This document shows, in pieces, positions 48,159 to 58,295 of a DNA stretch of 64,000 nucleotides (position 1 is the stretch's first letter; every line of letters begins with the position of its first letter). The position numbers and the translations under genes were made by a program. The DNA comes from Fimbriimonadia bacterium (lineage in GTDB: Bacteria > Armatimonadota > Fimbriimonadia > Fimbriimonadales > JABRVX01): contig JBGPGO010000004.1 of NCBI GenBank assembly GCA_041483895.1, positions 160,001 through 224,000 on the forward strand, in the 5' to 3' direction. The notes under the pieces are model-generated. The model saw only the letters and a list, made by a program, of their open reading frames with translations. It was not told where the DNA came from and did no database searches.

Positions 48159-50099
48159 ATGTCTAGAGTTTTCGTAGCCATTTGGGTCGTCCTGTTGCTT
48201 CTGCCCGCGATTGTCCGCGCCGACAAGGACTTCGACTGGGATAGTGAAACCGTCTCCGCCAAAGATCTGATGGAGCTTGCCAAGAAAATCCCGGAAGGCT
48301 TCAAGGATTCGACCGCCACAGTTCTGGACAAAGGGGTATTCATATACAAGAAAAATGGTAGGACATTTGAATTCGCCCAATTTGCGGAGAAACTGATGGA
48401 AGGCGACCCGAATGGCGACGAGAGTGAGGGATCGTTCGATTACAACTCCTACTACGAGAAACTGCTCTACTATCGTGTGGAAACGATCCTCCCCAGTGGC
48501 AAAGTTGTCGTCCTTCCCGACACAGATTATGAAAAAGAAAAGACGGAACTGGGGATGGCGTCGGTTAACTATCACTTTCCGTCAGTGAAAAAGAGCTGCA
48601 TTCTGAACTATGTATTTGTTAAAGAATATGTCAAAGACATTATGCCCAATCATATGTCCGGAAACTGGTCCTATTGGGTCGGAACGCCGGTCGTACAATG
48701 CACCCTGATACTGGACTATCCCACCAATAAGCCGTTCCAATTGATGCAACTGAACAACTCCACAAAAGAGGTAACCACGCCGCTGTTCAATGGCGCGCGA
48801 ACCCGCAAGACGTGGACCGTTCAAAAGCTGGATCCGATGGAAGAGGAATATGCCATGCCGGACGAATACGAACTTTCCGTGCGGACCATATTCACTACTA
48901 CTCTGGCATGGACGGATATCAGCAAGTGGTATTCTGGACTGACATCGAATATGACATCGTTGGATGCGTCCTCTGGTACGGCGCTCGATGTTGCGACGAA
49001 GGATGCCAAGACGGACATGGAGAAGGCGGCGGCGATTTGGAAATACGTCGTCACCAACTTTCGGTATGTTGCCGTCACTCTTGGCACCGGTACACACAAG
49101 CCGCACTCTCCCAGCGAGGTCTTCGCCAAGAAATATGGCGACTGCAAGGATCAAAGTCTATTTCTTGTCACGGCCCTCAAGCGATACGGAATCAAGTCGT
49201 GGCTGGTGTTGTTGCACGCTGGGGATCAGATACCCTTCACCAACGAACTGCCTACGCTGGACGCATTCAATCATGTCATCGTTTGCGCTGAGATCGACGG
49301 CAAGCGATTCTGGCTCGATCCCAGCGCAGGCAAGTGGCCGATCGAAGTAACACCAAATTCCGCGCAAGGCGTTCAGGTGCTGCTTGTTCGAGAAGACGGG
49401 GGAGAGATTATTTCGATCCCCAAGGAGCAAGAAGGCTCATTGCGTGATATGAAGTTTGCCGTGCATCTGGACATCAATGAGGATGGAAGCGAGACGATGA
49501 AGACGGTTGCGAAGCTGCCGAGATTTGCGATGCTGACAATCAAGGAATTTGGAATCGATCCTGATGAAAAGAAGCAGGTCGAAGAATACATCAAGTCCAG
49601 CACCACGGGGGAAAGCTCCCGACTCAAAGATGTGAAGATTGATTTTCCGGATCCGACTTCCAGCGACGAAGGCGTAATCACTGTCACCGGCAGGCTATCA
49701 ACGGCCGGGCAAACGATTGGTGATCTGCTCATCGTTAAGGCCATTTCGAATCAAGAAGACGATGACATCGATATGAAGCACTATGTAGGTGAAAACGGCA
49801 AGCGCGATTATCCGTTCGTCTACCCATCGGCCAGCGATCGAAGCTATGAGCTTTATCTGACATTCCCTAAAGGCTGGTCTATCGTGGAGAATCTGTCGCC
49901 GTATTCGCTCAAAGGTCCGGGAAGAGTGGAGAGCCAGGTCGTGGACATAAACGGCAACACAATCCACTACATCATGCGGGAACAGACGTTCAAAATGAAC
50001 GAGCCTCTGTCTGCGTTAGACAAGATTGTTGCGTATGAAAAGGAACTCGTCAAGGCGCGGAAAGGGAAGCTGGTCTTGCGAATGTCCAAGCAGCAATAG
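48159..50099 (+). CDS. Secreted DUF3857 + transglutaminase-like domain protein
   Basis: GGAGG RBS, signal peptide; YGDCKD, FNHVI, WLDPS triad motifs. Confidence 0.88.
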   Translation: MSRVFVAIWVVLLLLPAIVRADKDFDWDSETVSAKDLMELAKKIPEGFKDSTATVLDKGVFIYKKNGRTFEFAQFAEKLMEGDPNGDESEGSFDYNSYYEKLLYYRVETILPSGKVVVLPDTDYEKEKTELGMASVNYHFPSVKKSCILNYVFVKEYVKDIMPNHMSGNWSYWVGTPVVQCTLILDYPTNKPFQLMQLNNSTKEVTTPLFNGARTRKTWTVQKLDPMEEEYAMPDEYELSVRTIFTTTLAWTDISKWYSGLTSNMTSLDASSGTALDVATKDAKTDMEKAAAIWKYVVTNFRYVAVTLGTGTHKPHSPSEVFAKKYGDCKDQSLFLVTALKRYGIKSWLVLLHAGDQIPFTNELPTLDAFNHVIVCAEIDGKRFWLDPSAGKWPIEVTPNSAQGVQVLLVREDGGEIISIPKEQEGSLRDMKFAVHLDINEDGSETMKTVAKLPRFAMLTIKEFGIDPDEKKQVEEYIKSSTTGESSRLKDVKIDFPDPTSSDEGVITVTGRLSTAGQTIGDLLIVKAISNQEDDDIDMKHYVGENGKRDYPFVYPSASDRSYELYLTFPKGWSIVENLSPYSLKGPGRVESQVVDINGNTIHYIMREQTFKMNEPLSALDKIVAYEKELVKARKGKLVLRMSKQQ

Positions 50100-50213
50100 T
50101 CCGCCTGGCAAGGACCTCCGTGACCTGAACCAACGAGCCGCCATCCAATCCCGTTGGAAAATGGAAAGTGTGTCACACTCAGGTTAGGTCCCGTAAGGAC
50201 CGGAGGTACTAGG

Positions 50214-53072
50214 ATGCGGTTTGCGGTCGTCTGTTGTGGACTCTCTCTCGCGTTCAACGCTTTGGCCGCGAACAAATTAGGCATTTTGCCGGACGGCGAG
50301 AGATACGTAAAGGGCCAAATCATTGTTGGGCTTGACCATTCCACCAGCAACTTGGTGGTCGGGCAGAGCTTCTTGCAAGGCAAGGTCAAGCGAGTTTATC
50401 CAGCAATTCATGCGGTTCTTCTTGTATTTCCAACGAACCTGCCGATATCGGCTCTCCTCTCGCGTCTCGGACACAATCAATCGGTCTTGTTTGCCGAGCC
50501 AGACGTGATTTATCACGCTGCCGACTACGTTCCAAACGACCCTGACTGGTCCAGCCAATGGGGACCGGAGCGCATTGACTGTCCAAAGGCCTGGGACTTT
50601 GCCAAAAGCGACTCGAGTACGTTAGTGGCGATAATTGACTCCGGAGTCAACTACAACCATCCGGATCTCTCCGCGCATTACGCCGGCGGTACCGATTTTC
50701 AGGACAATGACTCCGATCCGATGGATGTGGACGGGCACGGAACTCATGTTGCGGGCATAGCGGCCGCCGTGCCGGACAACGGGTTGGGAATCGCCGGCGT
50801 GGCTTTCAATTCACGATTTCTTGCCATCCGGGTCGGTACAAACAACACCTTTCCAGAATCTAACATTATCGCAGGCATCAATTGGGCGGTGACCAACGGT
50901 GCTCACGTCATCAACATGAGTTTGGGCGGATACGGGTACTCAAGTGCGATGCAACTCGCTATTGATAGCGCATGGAGTTCCGGTGTCGTGGTCTGTTGCG
51001 CTGCTGGGAATGATAGTACGACTCAGCAATTTTATCCTGCGGCGATGACCAACTGCATTGCCGTCGCGGCAACGACCGGCACGAATACGCTCGCGCAATT
51101 TTCCAATCGCGGCACATGGGTAGACATTGCGGCGCCTGGCTCGGGAATCTATTCTACCGAGATCAATGGCTATGGACTATTGTCTGGGACTTCGATGGCA
51201 TCGCCGATGGTAGCAGGCACCGCTGCGCTGCTGTATCAATCGATCGGGGGCGTGCGAAATCTGACGAATGCGGCGACCGTGCGCGCCGCCATCCAAGACA
51301 GCGCCATCGATTTCACGCAAGAGATTTCTGGCGGAAGGCTCGATACCTACCTTGCCGCACTATTGGTATATAACGTCCCTCCAAGTTGGGTATCGCAATT
51401 CTCCGACCAAGCGTGGTCTGAGGCGATCCCTTCCGAGATCGTAATCGATACCACTGGAAATTCATTCATGAGCTTGCGCGGCACGGGCAATGGCAACGAT
51501 GTGGCCATTCTCCGAAGATACGGCCCGACGGGCACTGTCGCTTGGAGTCACCCACTCTTGCCGAACGACCAACCTACGGCTTTGGCGTTAGCTGGTACTA
51601 ACCTGTGGCTAGCGAAAAACGGATTTCAGATATTGCGATTTGACACTGTCTCGGGAGCGCTCCAGAACACCTGGGGCCTATCCCAAGCATCTCCAGTCGA
51701 TTTCCCGTCTGATTTGGCCGTCGACTCTCTTGGAAATGCCGTGATTTTGGGTCCCATTTCCACCAACAAGTTCCTGCTCGGCAAGGTGGCTAATCCCGGC
51801 GGCGTTCAATGGCAAACACAGTTTGATACGATTTATCCATACAAGAGTTGCTTGGTGAAAACAGACGGTCAGAACAATATATATACTTCCACAACTCAAA
51901 AGCCGCCTTTAGGATGCCCAGTTGCGGTAGCCCTGACAAAGTTCACACCGTCCGGGTCAGTAACATGGGAGAAAGTGATAGGAACGCAGCCATGTCCGAT
52001 TGTGATCACGCAAGATGGACTAGATATCAACGCCGGCGGTAATCAAATTGCGATTACCGGAACCATTCAGTTGCAAGGCAATGTGCCACCTGCGCGATAT
52101 CTATACGTTTACGATAACAACGGCAACATAAGTTGGCAGTGGCTGATCAATGCCAACGGTGGGCCGCCTGCATCCATGGACGCCGGCGGACTATCTTTCG
52201 ATCCGACGGGGGCTCTCGTAGTGCTTGCCACTGAGTATAACAACGGCACATCCCATTATGCGATTCGTGTCATAAAATACGCTCCAAACGGGGCACTGGT
52301 ATGGGATAAAACATACAACTTGCCCGATAGCGCGCCGCCCAACATCAACTACACAAATCGCCCCCAGTTCGATTCTGCCGGTAATGTGTATGTCTGCGCG
52401 ATGGCGCAGTTTCCAAACGGCACGAAAAAAGACTCAATTACAGTGAAATTCAATTCAAATGGCAAGCTGATGTGGGCAAGCCGCTATCCGGGTGTTGCCG
52501 CGAATTTCATCGTCGGCAATCTGATGGTGGTTTCGCCTGGCGGTACAGTCATTTTGGCGGGAACCTCGGAACCGACGATTACGACGCAAGGCAACACCGT
52601 GTTCAGCTATCAGGTTCCAGGCGGTGGAAACACTGCCACCGGAAGCGTTGGCGGCCACGTTGATCTTGATGGCTACGTTGGAAACGTTGGTCTCGTAGGA
52701 GAAATCGAGATTCGGGAACCCGCAACCGGGACTGTTTTGAGTGCCGGCAATGTCAATATTGGAGTTGCCGGCGACTATGTTCTTGCAGAAATGCCGACCG
52801 GCGTATACGATATCTCCCTAAAGTGTCAGAACTGGCTTCGGCAAACGATCCATAACGTGACCGTTGCAAAAGGGGCAGTGTCTCTTGACTTCGCGCTGAT
52901 TAACGGGGACGCCGACTGGGACAACCTCGTCAGTCTTCCCGACCTGAACGAAGTTTTCGTCGACTTTGGCACAGATGACGCCGATGGCGGTGATCTCGAC
53001 CACGACGGCCTTGTCGGTCTCCCCGATCTAAATTTCACCCTCGTTTATTTCGGGACCCAAGGGGATCCATAG
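50214..53072 (+). CDS. S8 subtilisin-family serine peptidase with beta-propeller-like region and dockerin-like tail
   Basis: IIDSG, HGTHVAG, AAGN, GTSMASP; C-terminal GDADWDNLVSLPDLN...DLDHDGLVGLPDLN. Confidence 0.93.
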   Translation: MRFAVVCCGLSLAFNALAANKLGILPDGERYVKGQIIVGLDHSTSNLVVGQSFLQGKVKRVYPAIHAVLLVFPTNLPISALLSRLGHNQSVLFAEPDVIYHAADYVPNDPDWSSQWGPERIDCPKAWDFAKSDSSTLVAIIDSGVNYNHPDLSAHYAGGTDFQDNDSDPMDVDGHGTHVAGIAAAVPDNGLGIAGVAFNSRFLAIRVGTNNTFPESNIIAGINWAVTNGAHVINMSLGGYGYSSAMQLAIDSAWSSGVVVCCAAGNDSTTQQFYPAAMTNCIAVAATTGTNTLAQFSNRGTWVDIAAPGSGIYSTEINGYGLLSGTSMASPMVAGTAALLYQSIGGVRNLTNAATVRAAIQDSAIDFTQEISGGRLDTYLAALLVYNVPPSWVSQFSDQAWSEAIPSEIVIDTTGNSFMSLRGTGNGNDVAILRRYGPTGTVAWSHPLLPNDQPTALALAGTNLWLAKNGFQILRFDTVSGALQNTWGLSQASPVDFPSDLAVDSLGNAVILGPISTNKFLLGKVANPGGVQWQTQFDTIYPYKSCLVKTDGQNNIYTSTTQKPPLGCPVAVALTKFTPSGSVTWEKVIGTQPCPIVITQDGLDINAGGNQIAITGTIQLQGNVPPARYLYVYDNNGNISWQWLINANGGPPASMDAGGLSFDPTGALVVLATEYNNGTSHYAIRVIKYAPNGALVWDKTYNLPDSAPPNINYTNRPQFDSAGNVYVCAMAQFPNGTKKDSITVKFNSNGKLMWASRYPGVAANFIVGNLMVVSPGGTVILAGTSEPTITTQGNTVFSYQVPGGGNTATGSVGGHVDLDGYVGNVGLVGEIEIREPATGTVLSAGNVNIGVAGDYVLAEMPTGVYDISLKCQNWLRQTIHNVTVAKGAVSLDFALINGDADWDNLVSLPDLNEVFVDFGTDDADGGDLDHDGLVGLPDLNFTLVYFGTQGDP

Positions 53073-53106
53073 CCAGGCAGCGTGTCTCATAGGAACTTTC
53101 GGTTGA

Positions 53107-54144
53107 ATGCCGAACCCTATTGCCAACGCTTTTGACCGGGAGGGCATCAAGTTGAGCATTCGATGTGCGGTGGTTGGGTACGGTTCGCAGTTTTCTATGG
53201 GAAGGCATCATGCCACGGAGATTGGCAAGACGCCGGGACTGGAGTTGGCGGCGGCCTTTGACGCCGATCCGGAGAGGCGGCAGGCGGCGAGGGAGGACCA
53301 TCCGGAGGTTTTTGTGCCTGAGACCTATGAAGATCTCCTGGCCAATGCCGCCATAGACCTCTGCATTCTGGTCACCCCGCACGACACACACGCGCCCCTC
53401 TCGATTGCCGCGAACAAGGCCGGTAAGCATGTGCTAACGGAGAAAGTGATGTGCCTAAATGTGGCGGAATGCGATGCGATGATCGCCGCCGCGCGAGACG
53501 CCGGGAAGATGCTGACCGTGTACCAAAATCGTCGGTGGGACCGCGACTATCTGACGGTCCGAAAGGTGCTGAAGTCCGGCATCCTAGGAAATCTGTTTCA
53601 TATTGATAGTTCGGTCAACGGTTGGTGGTATCCGGCGGGCTGGCGCGGTGTCAAGAAGGCGGGCGGCGGAATGCTCTATGATTGGGGCGCCCACCTTTTC
53701 GATCAGCTCATCCAGATTATGCTGCCGGCCAAACCCAAGACCGTGTTTTGCACGCGGAATAAGGGTGTGTGGACGGACGTGGATATCGACACGCAGAACA
53801 ACGCGACGATTGTCTTTGATAACGGCGTGGTTGGTCAGATCGATGTCGGCTGCATGTCCCGGACTCCGCGGTCGCGATGGCTCATCCGGGGCGAAAAGAG
53901 CTGCCTGCATATGCCGGATTGGGACCACGCCGCCGCGAAGATGGAGATCGATGGCGTTGTCGGCACGATGGATGTGGAGATGGAAAAGGATGACTGGAAC
54001 GGCGTGTATCGCAACATCTCCGAGCACCTGAACGAGGGCAAAGAGCTGATCGTCAAACCGGAAGAGGTCCGCATTGGCATCGCGGCCATCGAGGCGGCGC
54101 TCAAATCGGCGGAATCAGGACGATCGGCTGATGTCGTTAGCTAG
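53107..54144 (+). CDS. Gfo/Idh/MocA oxidoreductase (start may be slightly downstream)
   Basis: AVVGYG, TPHDTH, GKHVLTEK, YQNRRWD, GGMLYDWGAH. Confidence 0.92.
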   Translation: MPNPIANAFDREGIKLSIRCAVVGYGSQFSMGRHHATEIGKTPGLELAAAFDADPERRQAAREDHPEVFVPETYEDLLANAAIDLCILVTPHDTHAPLSIAANKAGKHVLTEKVMCLNVAECDAMIAAARDAGKMLTVYQNRRWDRDYLTVRKVLKSGILGNLFHIDSSVNGWWYPAGWRGVKKAGGGMLYDWGAHLFDQLIQIMLPAKPKTVFCTRNKGVWTDVDIDTQNNATIVFDNGVVGQIDVGCMSRTPRSRWLIRGEKSCLHMPDWDHAAAKMEIDGVVGTMDVEMEKDDWNGVYRNISEHLNEGKELIVKPEEVRIGIAAIEAALKSAESGRSADVVS

Positions 54145-54153
54145 CTTGGGATG

Positions 54154-54495
54154 CTAAGGGGTATCGGGTGGCACAATCGGCTCCAGCGCTGTGATCAGTT
54201 CCGGAATCGAAACCTGAATCGCTGTCCAGACCTTCCCAGCATCTATCGCAGCATAGTTATGAATCAGAAAGTTGCGCATGCCCACAATGATTCGCCACGG
54301 GACGCGTGGATGTGCATCCCGAAATTCCGTCGTCACTTTGCTGGCCGCTTCACCAATGATGGCAATGGACCAAAAGGACACGTACTGCAAATCCTCACTC
54401 GCTTCGAATTGATCCAGAGTAACTGCGTCGAAGCGTTCTTGCAGCTTCTTCGCTTCAGTCAACATATCCAACAGGTAACCTTCATCCTTTTGCAT
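54154..54495 (-). CDS. HepT-like (DUF86) HEPN ribonuclease toxin
   Basis: IIGEAA...HP.VPW..I.GMRNFLIHNY (Rx4H). Confidence 0.9.
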   Translation of the reverse strand: MQKDEGYLLDMLTEAKKLQERFDAVTLDQFEASEDLQYVSFWSIAIIGEAASKVTTEFRDAHPRVPWRIIVGMRNFLIHNYAAIDAGKVWTAIQVSIPELITALEPIVPPDTP

Positions 54496-54796
54496 AAATG
54501 ACCATTGCCGAACGAAGGATGTGCTTGCGCTTAATGTAATTGGGGCTCTTTTCGACAAATCGCTTTTCAACGATATCTACGGGCCGTCCGAGCACTTCCG
54601 CGAACTCGTCCTCCAAATCGAGGATTTTGGGCCACCCTGGATCGTAACCCTGCTCGTATGTCACCAATAGATCGACATCGCTGGACGCGGTGTTCTCACC
54701 ACGTAGCGTGGATCCAAAAATTGCCAACTCGCGAATGTGCCACTTCGCGCAAATCGAGGCTAGTACTTCGTCTGATAATATCGGAGGAGAGCCCAT
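54482..54796 (-). CDS. MntA-like nucleotidyltransferase antitoxin
   Basis: IRELAIFGSTLRGE...SDVDLLV...GRPVDIV. Confidence 0.9.
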   Translation of the reverse strand: MGSPPILSDEVLASICAKWHIRELAIFGSTLRGENTASSDVDLLVTYEQGYDPGWPKILDLEDEFAEVLGRPVDIVEKRFVEKSPNYIKRKHILRSAMVIYAKG

Positions 54797-54839
54797 TGAT
54801 ATTCTATATTATTGCCTCAAACAACAGGAAGTTGCTAGC

Positions 54840-55811
54840 TTAGTGCCACGGTTCCCCTTCGGTTAGCAGCCAATCGACCAGGTGACGGCGGCTTGCAATG
54901 GCGAGCGCGATCGCCGTGTCTGCCGCGCCATAGTACATATACACTTCGTCCGTAGCCTCTTTGTAGACAAGCCCGCACGGAAAGACGACATCCGCCACAT
55001 CCCCGACGCGCTCATATTCCTCTTCCGGCGCAAACACCCAGATCGGACCGCGGCGAATCACCTTGGTTGGATTCTCCAAATCCAACAGCGCCAATCCCAA
55101 GCGATAGATGGACCCGGACGGGGTCCGCCGCACACCGTGGTACATGATGATCCATCCTTCCGGCGTTTCCAACGGGGGCGGGGAGAGCCCGATTCGGTTG
55201 GCATCCCACCAGGCACCGCGTCGCGCTTCCAGGAGTACCTGGCTGCGGCCCCAGTGGATCAGGTCCGGCGAGAATGATATCCAGATGTGCGCCCCCGCCT
55301 CCCATGCGGCGGGAACCGGGCGATGGATCATCGCCCATCGGCCGTCGAAGCGGTGCGGGAACAGCGATGCGTCCTTGTCTTCCGGCGGCAGCACCACTCC
55401 CCGGCGCTCGAACGTGCGGAAGTCCTCTGTCAGCGCCAGGGATACCAGCGGGCCGCTGGAAGAGTAGGCCGTATAACAAATCGAGTATTTTTCCAATTCC
55501 GCCAGATAGACGATGCGCGGATCTTCGATGCCCCATAGCTCTTCCGGATAGTTTTCCGGGTCCGCCATCAGGGTCGGCTTTTGGTCCACAACCCAGCCGG
55601 TTACCCCATCCCGGCTTCGGGCCGCGGTCAAGTGGGAATGGCCCCTTCTGTCTTCTACCCTTGCCATCAGGAGGGTTGAACCGTCCCGCAGCAGCGTGGC
55701 GCCGGGGTTGAACACCGTGTTGGCGGCATACGGCCATCGGGACGCGGTAAGGACTGGGTTTTGGGGATGACGAACAAAAAGCTCGTCGATCGGTGAACGG
55801 GAAATCTTCAT
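54840..55811 (-). CDS. GH130 glycosidase / beta-mannoside phosphorylase family
   Basis: VFNPGA, GIEDPRI, EDKDA, HRP, YHGV, VVFPCG, YYGAAD. Confidence 0.9.
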   Translation of the reverse strand: MKISRSPIDELFVRHPQNPVLTASRWPYAANTVFNPGATLLRDGSTLLMARVEDRRGHSHLTAARSRDGVTGWVVDQKPTLMADPENYPEELWGIEDPRIVYLAELEKYSICYTAYSSSGPLVSLALTEDFRTFERRGVVLPPEDKDASLFPHRFDGRWAMIHRPVPAAWEAGAHIWISFSPDLIHWGRSQVLLEARRGAWWDANRIGLSPPPLETPEGWIIMYHGVRRTPSGSIYRLGLALLDLENPTKVIRRGPIWVFAPEEEYERVGDVADVVFPCGLVYKEATDEVYMYYGAADTAIALAIASRRHLVDWLLTEGEPWH

Positions 55812-55878
55812 GGGTCGCTCGCTCGCTGTTGGATACTCTCATATTCGGCCTGCCGGGTCTCATTCCTCCACTCGCGGG

Positions 55879-55907
55879 TTGACAATGGCGGGGCCGCGAC
55901 CCATAAT
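55879..55907 (+). promoter_or_regulatory. Sigma-70 promoter of tRNA-Ser
   Basis: TTGACA, 17 nt, CATAAT, followed by a GC-rich discriminator-like stretch. Confidence 0.75.
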
Positions 55908-55918
55908 ACAAAGCGCGC

Positions 55919-56010
55919 GGAGTGGTGTCCGAGTGGTCGAAGGAGCACGACTGGAAATCGTGTAGTCGCCGAAAGGTGGCTCGTGGGTTCGAATCCCACC
56001 CGCTCCGCCA
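55919..56010 (+). tRNA. tRNA-Ser (anticodon GGA)
   Basis: GGAGTGGTGTCCGAGTGGTCGAAGGAGCACGACT-GGA-AATCGTG...GTTCGAATCCCACCCGCTCCGCCA; long variable arm. Confidence 0.97.
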
Positions 56011-56020
56011 TCTTCTCAAT

Positions 56021-57346
56021 ATGCCTAAGTTGAACCGACGCGCTCTGGTCCGGCGGACCCTGATCTACGGTATGGGCCTTCCCGCCGCCTTCCTCATTGC
56101 CGCTACCTGTGTCTATTACGGGGAGCTGCATATGAGCGCGGGCGCTAGACCGGCCAGTGAGACGGCCGACCTTCCTCCGTTTGCGGCCACCGACCGGATT
56201 CTGATCGTCGCGCCCCACCCGGATGACGAGGCGCTCGGCTGCTCCGGGCTGATCCTACGCGCTAAGAAGGCGGGCGCCGATCTGTTCGTGGCCGTCCTCA
56301 CAGACGGGGAGGCGTTCGAGAGCAGCGTGGTTATTGAGGAAAAGACGCTGCTGCCGAGCGACAGGGATCGCGCCGAATATGGCCAAAAACGCCAATCGGA
56401 GACGTTGGCAGGCATGCGAATGCTGGGGATTCCGAGCCAGAATGTCCGGTTCTTCGGATGGCCGGATCGGGGTTTGGCGGAAAAATGGATGTCCCGCGAC
56501 GAATCCGGCATGACGGAAGAGCTGCGGCAACTGATCGACGGTGTGCGCCCGACGCAGGTCTATGTCACGCATCCGCTCGACGATCATGCCGACCATTCCG
56601 TCGCAGCAGCCTTTGTCCAGGCGGCGCTGCTCGGTTCCGACGTCCATCCTAAACTTCGCACCTATCTGATTCATCGCGGTGATTGGCCGCTGCCGCAGGG
56701 TCTATCGGTGGATTCGTCACTCGACACGCCGGAGGGATTTACCGACTATGACTCTCTCCGCCTCTCCCTGGGCAAGGACGAGGTGGAAAAGAAGAAGCTT
56801 GCTCTCGCGGAATACGGATCGCAGCGACGCCTGCTTGGCCGATTCATGGAGAGCTTCATCCGCAGAAACGAACTGTTTTTCGACGCGGAAAAGTCACCGT
56901 TGCTGCCAAAACGCGATATCGGGCTCGGCGAGCCGGCGGCCGACTGGACGGGCTTGGAACCGATTGCCATCGACCCTTCGGCGGACAGCCTGGTGCGGCA
57001 GATGAACAGCGGTTTGGACATTGAGCGCATCCTGGCCGCCGAGAGCGACGATTGGATTCATTTTCGCATCGATTTTGGTGGTCGGATCATGCGTTCCGGC
57101 GAGTATCGGCTGGGTTTGCGGGCGTTCGATGAAGGCGGGGAGACGGTCGGTCGGTATCAGGGGTCGGTTGTGCCGGGCCGGGGGCATCATGGGCAGTTCG
57201 TGCATTGGAGCGGCAACACGCTCGAATGGACGGTGCCTCGGTCGCTGTTTCCGGGCAGCCGCACGTTGGCAGTTCAGATCGAAACGAAGGTCCTCGGCCT
57301 TTCCATGGATCGATCGGCAATTGTGTTCTGCCGCCTGGATCAGTAG
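56021..57346 (+). CDS. PIG-L/LmbE family deacetylase with N-terminal anchor and extra C-terminal domain
   Basis: APHPDDE, LTDGE, R..E...LG, GWPD, HADH. Confidence 0.88.
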   Translation: MPKLNRRALVRRTLIYGMGLPAAFLIAATCVYYGELHMSAGARPASETADLPPFAATDRILIVAPHPDDEALGCSGLILRAKKAGADLFVAVLTDGEAFESSVVIEEKTLLPSDRDRAEYGQKRQSETLAGMRMLGIPSQNVRFFGWPDRGLAEKWMSRDESGMTEELRQLIDGVRPTQVYVTHPLDDHADHSVAAAFVQAALLGSDVHPKLRTYLIHRGDWPLPQGLSVDSSLDTPEGFTDYDSLRLSLGKDEVEKKKLALAEYGSQRRLLGRFMESFIRRNELFFDAEKSPLLPKRDIGLGEPAADWTGLEPIAIDPSADSLVRQMNSGLDIERILAAESDDWIHFRIDFGGRIMRSGEYRLGLRAFDEGGETVGRYQGSVVPGRGHHGQFVHWSGNTLEWTVPRSLFPGSRTLAVQIETKVLGLSMDRSAIVFCRLDQ

Positions 57347-57915
57347 CCGCAGCGGTCCCCGACTCGACTTCTTACGTCCGGCCATTCGTCATCGGTTATG
57401 CTGAACATCACCGTATCCCGCACGTGGCCGTCGGGCATGATCATGTGGTGGCGCAGTACGCCCTACCACACAGCGCCGGCTTTCGCAATCGCCGCCTGAC
57501 TCCGCCGATTCCTGGCATCCGTTTTGAGCTGCACCCGCACCGCCCCCAGGTCCTCGAAGGCATGGCGCAGCATCAGGTACTTCATCTCCGGATTCACAAA
57601 TCCACCATGAAATGCCTTCCCAATCCATGTGTGGCCGATTTCCAACGCCCGGTGGGCGGGCCGGATGTCCAAATACGATGACGTGCCGACCGCCTGCCCC
57701 GTCTCGCGAAGGACTGCGGCGAACGGCACCCGGCCATCCCCATGCATCGCGTCGATCCAGTTCTCGAACCCGGCGACCGTCCATTCCTTGGGCAGAACGA
57801 CGAGGTAGTCGAACAGGTCTTCGGAGGCGGCATCCAGCAAGCCCGCGGCGTGCCGGGCATCCAGCGGCTCCATCCGAACGCGCGATCCTTCCAAAACGAT
57901 AGGCTGGACATTCAT
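57340..57915 (-). pseudogene. RimJ/RimL-type GNAT acetyltransferase with in-frame TAG at 57463-57465
   Basis: EIGHTW...RVQLKTD.RN.RSQ.AI.K.GAVW*GVLRHHMIMPDGHVRDTVMFSITDDEWP; TAG replaces the Glu of EGVLR; true stop at 57340. Confidence 0.85.
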
Positions 57916-57982
57916 GGCGACCAGGATTTTGACACCATTCTAACCCCGCGCTGGGCTAAAATAGGACTACAGGAGGTGGCTC

Positions 57983-58273
57983 ATGTATCTTGTAGTTTCC
58001 CGATGGCGGGCAAAGCCCGGGAAAGAGTCGGAATTTGAGGCAACCGCAAAGCCATTGCGAACCAAAATGCGGTCCCACCCAGGCGTCGTGATGATCGAGG
58101 CATTCAAGAACGTGGATCATTATGTGGTGGCGCACGGATATAAGGACAAAGCGGCCTACGACGCCATCGTGCAAAATCCGACCGGACCGTTCAATGAATG
58201 GGTGGAGCAATCGCACTTGGAAGATGTCGGCGATTGGGTCGGCTCGGATTCTGGCGAAACGATCGACGAATGA
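57983..58273 (+). CDS. ABM (antibiotic biosynthesis monooxygenase) domain protein
   Basis: MYLVVSRWRAKPGKESEFE...HPGV; AGGAGG RBS. Confidence 0.75.
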   Translation: MYLVVSRWRAKPGKESEFEATAKPLRTKMRSHPGVVMIEAFKNVDHYVVAHGYKDKAAYDAIVQNPTGPFNEWVEQSHLEDVGDWVGSDSGETIDE

Positions 58274-58295
58274 GTGACAAAAAGGAGATAGCTAA

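Noticed and set aside
55922..56020. N-terminal extension of the PIG-L ORF (similarly ORFs across 38143-38227 and 10253-10329)
   Set aside because: These frames run through tRNA genes; the PIG-L start is ATG 56021.
57343..57360. GTAGCCGC as another REP copy
   Set aside because: No hairpin follows; it is the overlap of two convergent gene ends.
9251..57465. Stop-codon reassignment or readthrough explaining the in-frame stops (recombinase TGA, dinD TAA, yjbQ TAG, GNAT TAG)
   Set aside because: Three different codons replace different residues, and all three codons terminate core genes normally in this window; independent nonsense mutations or errors are simpler.
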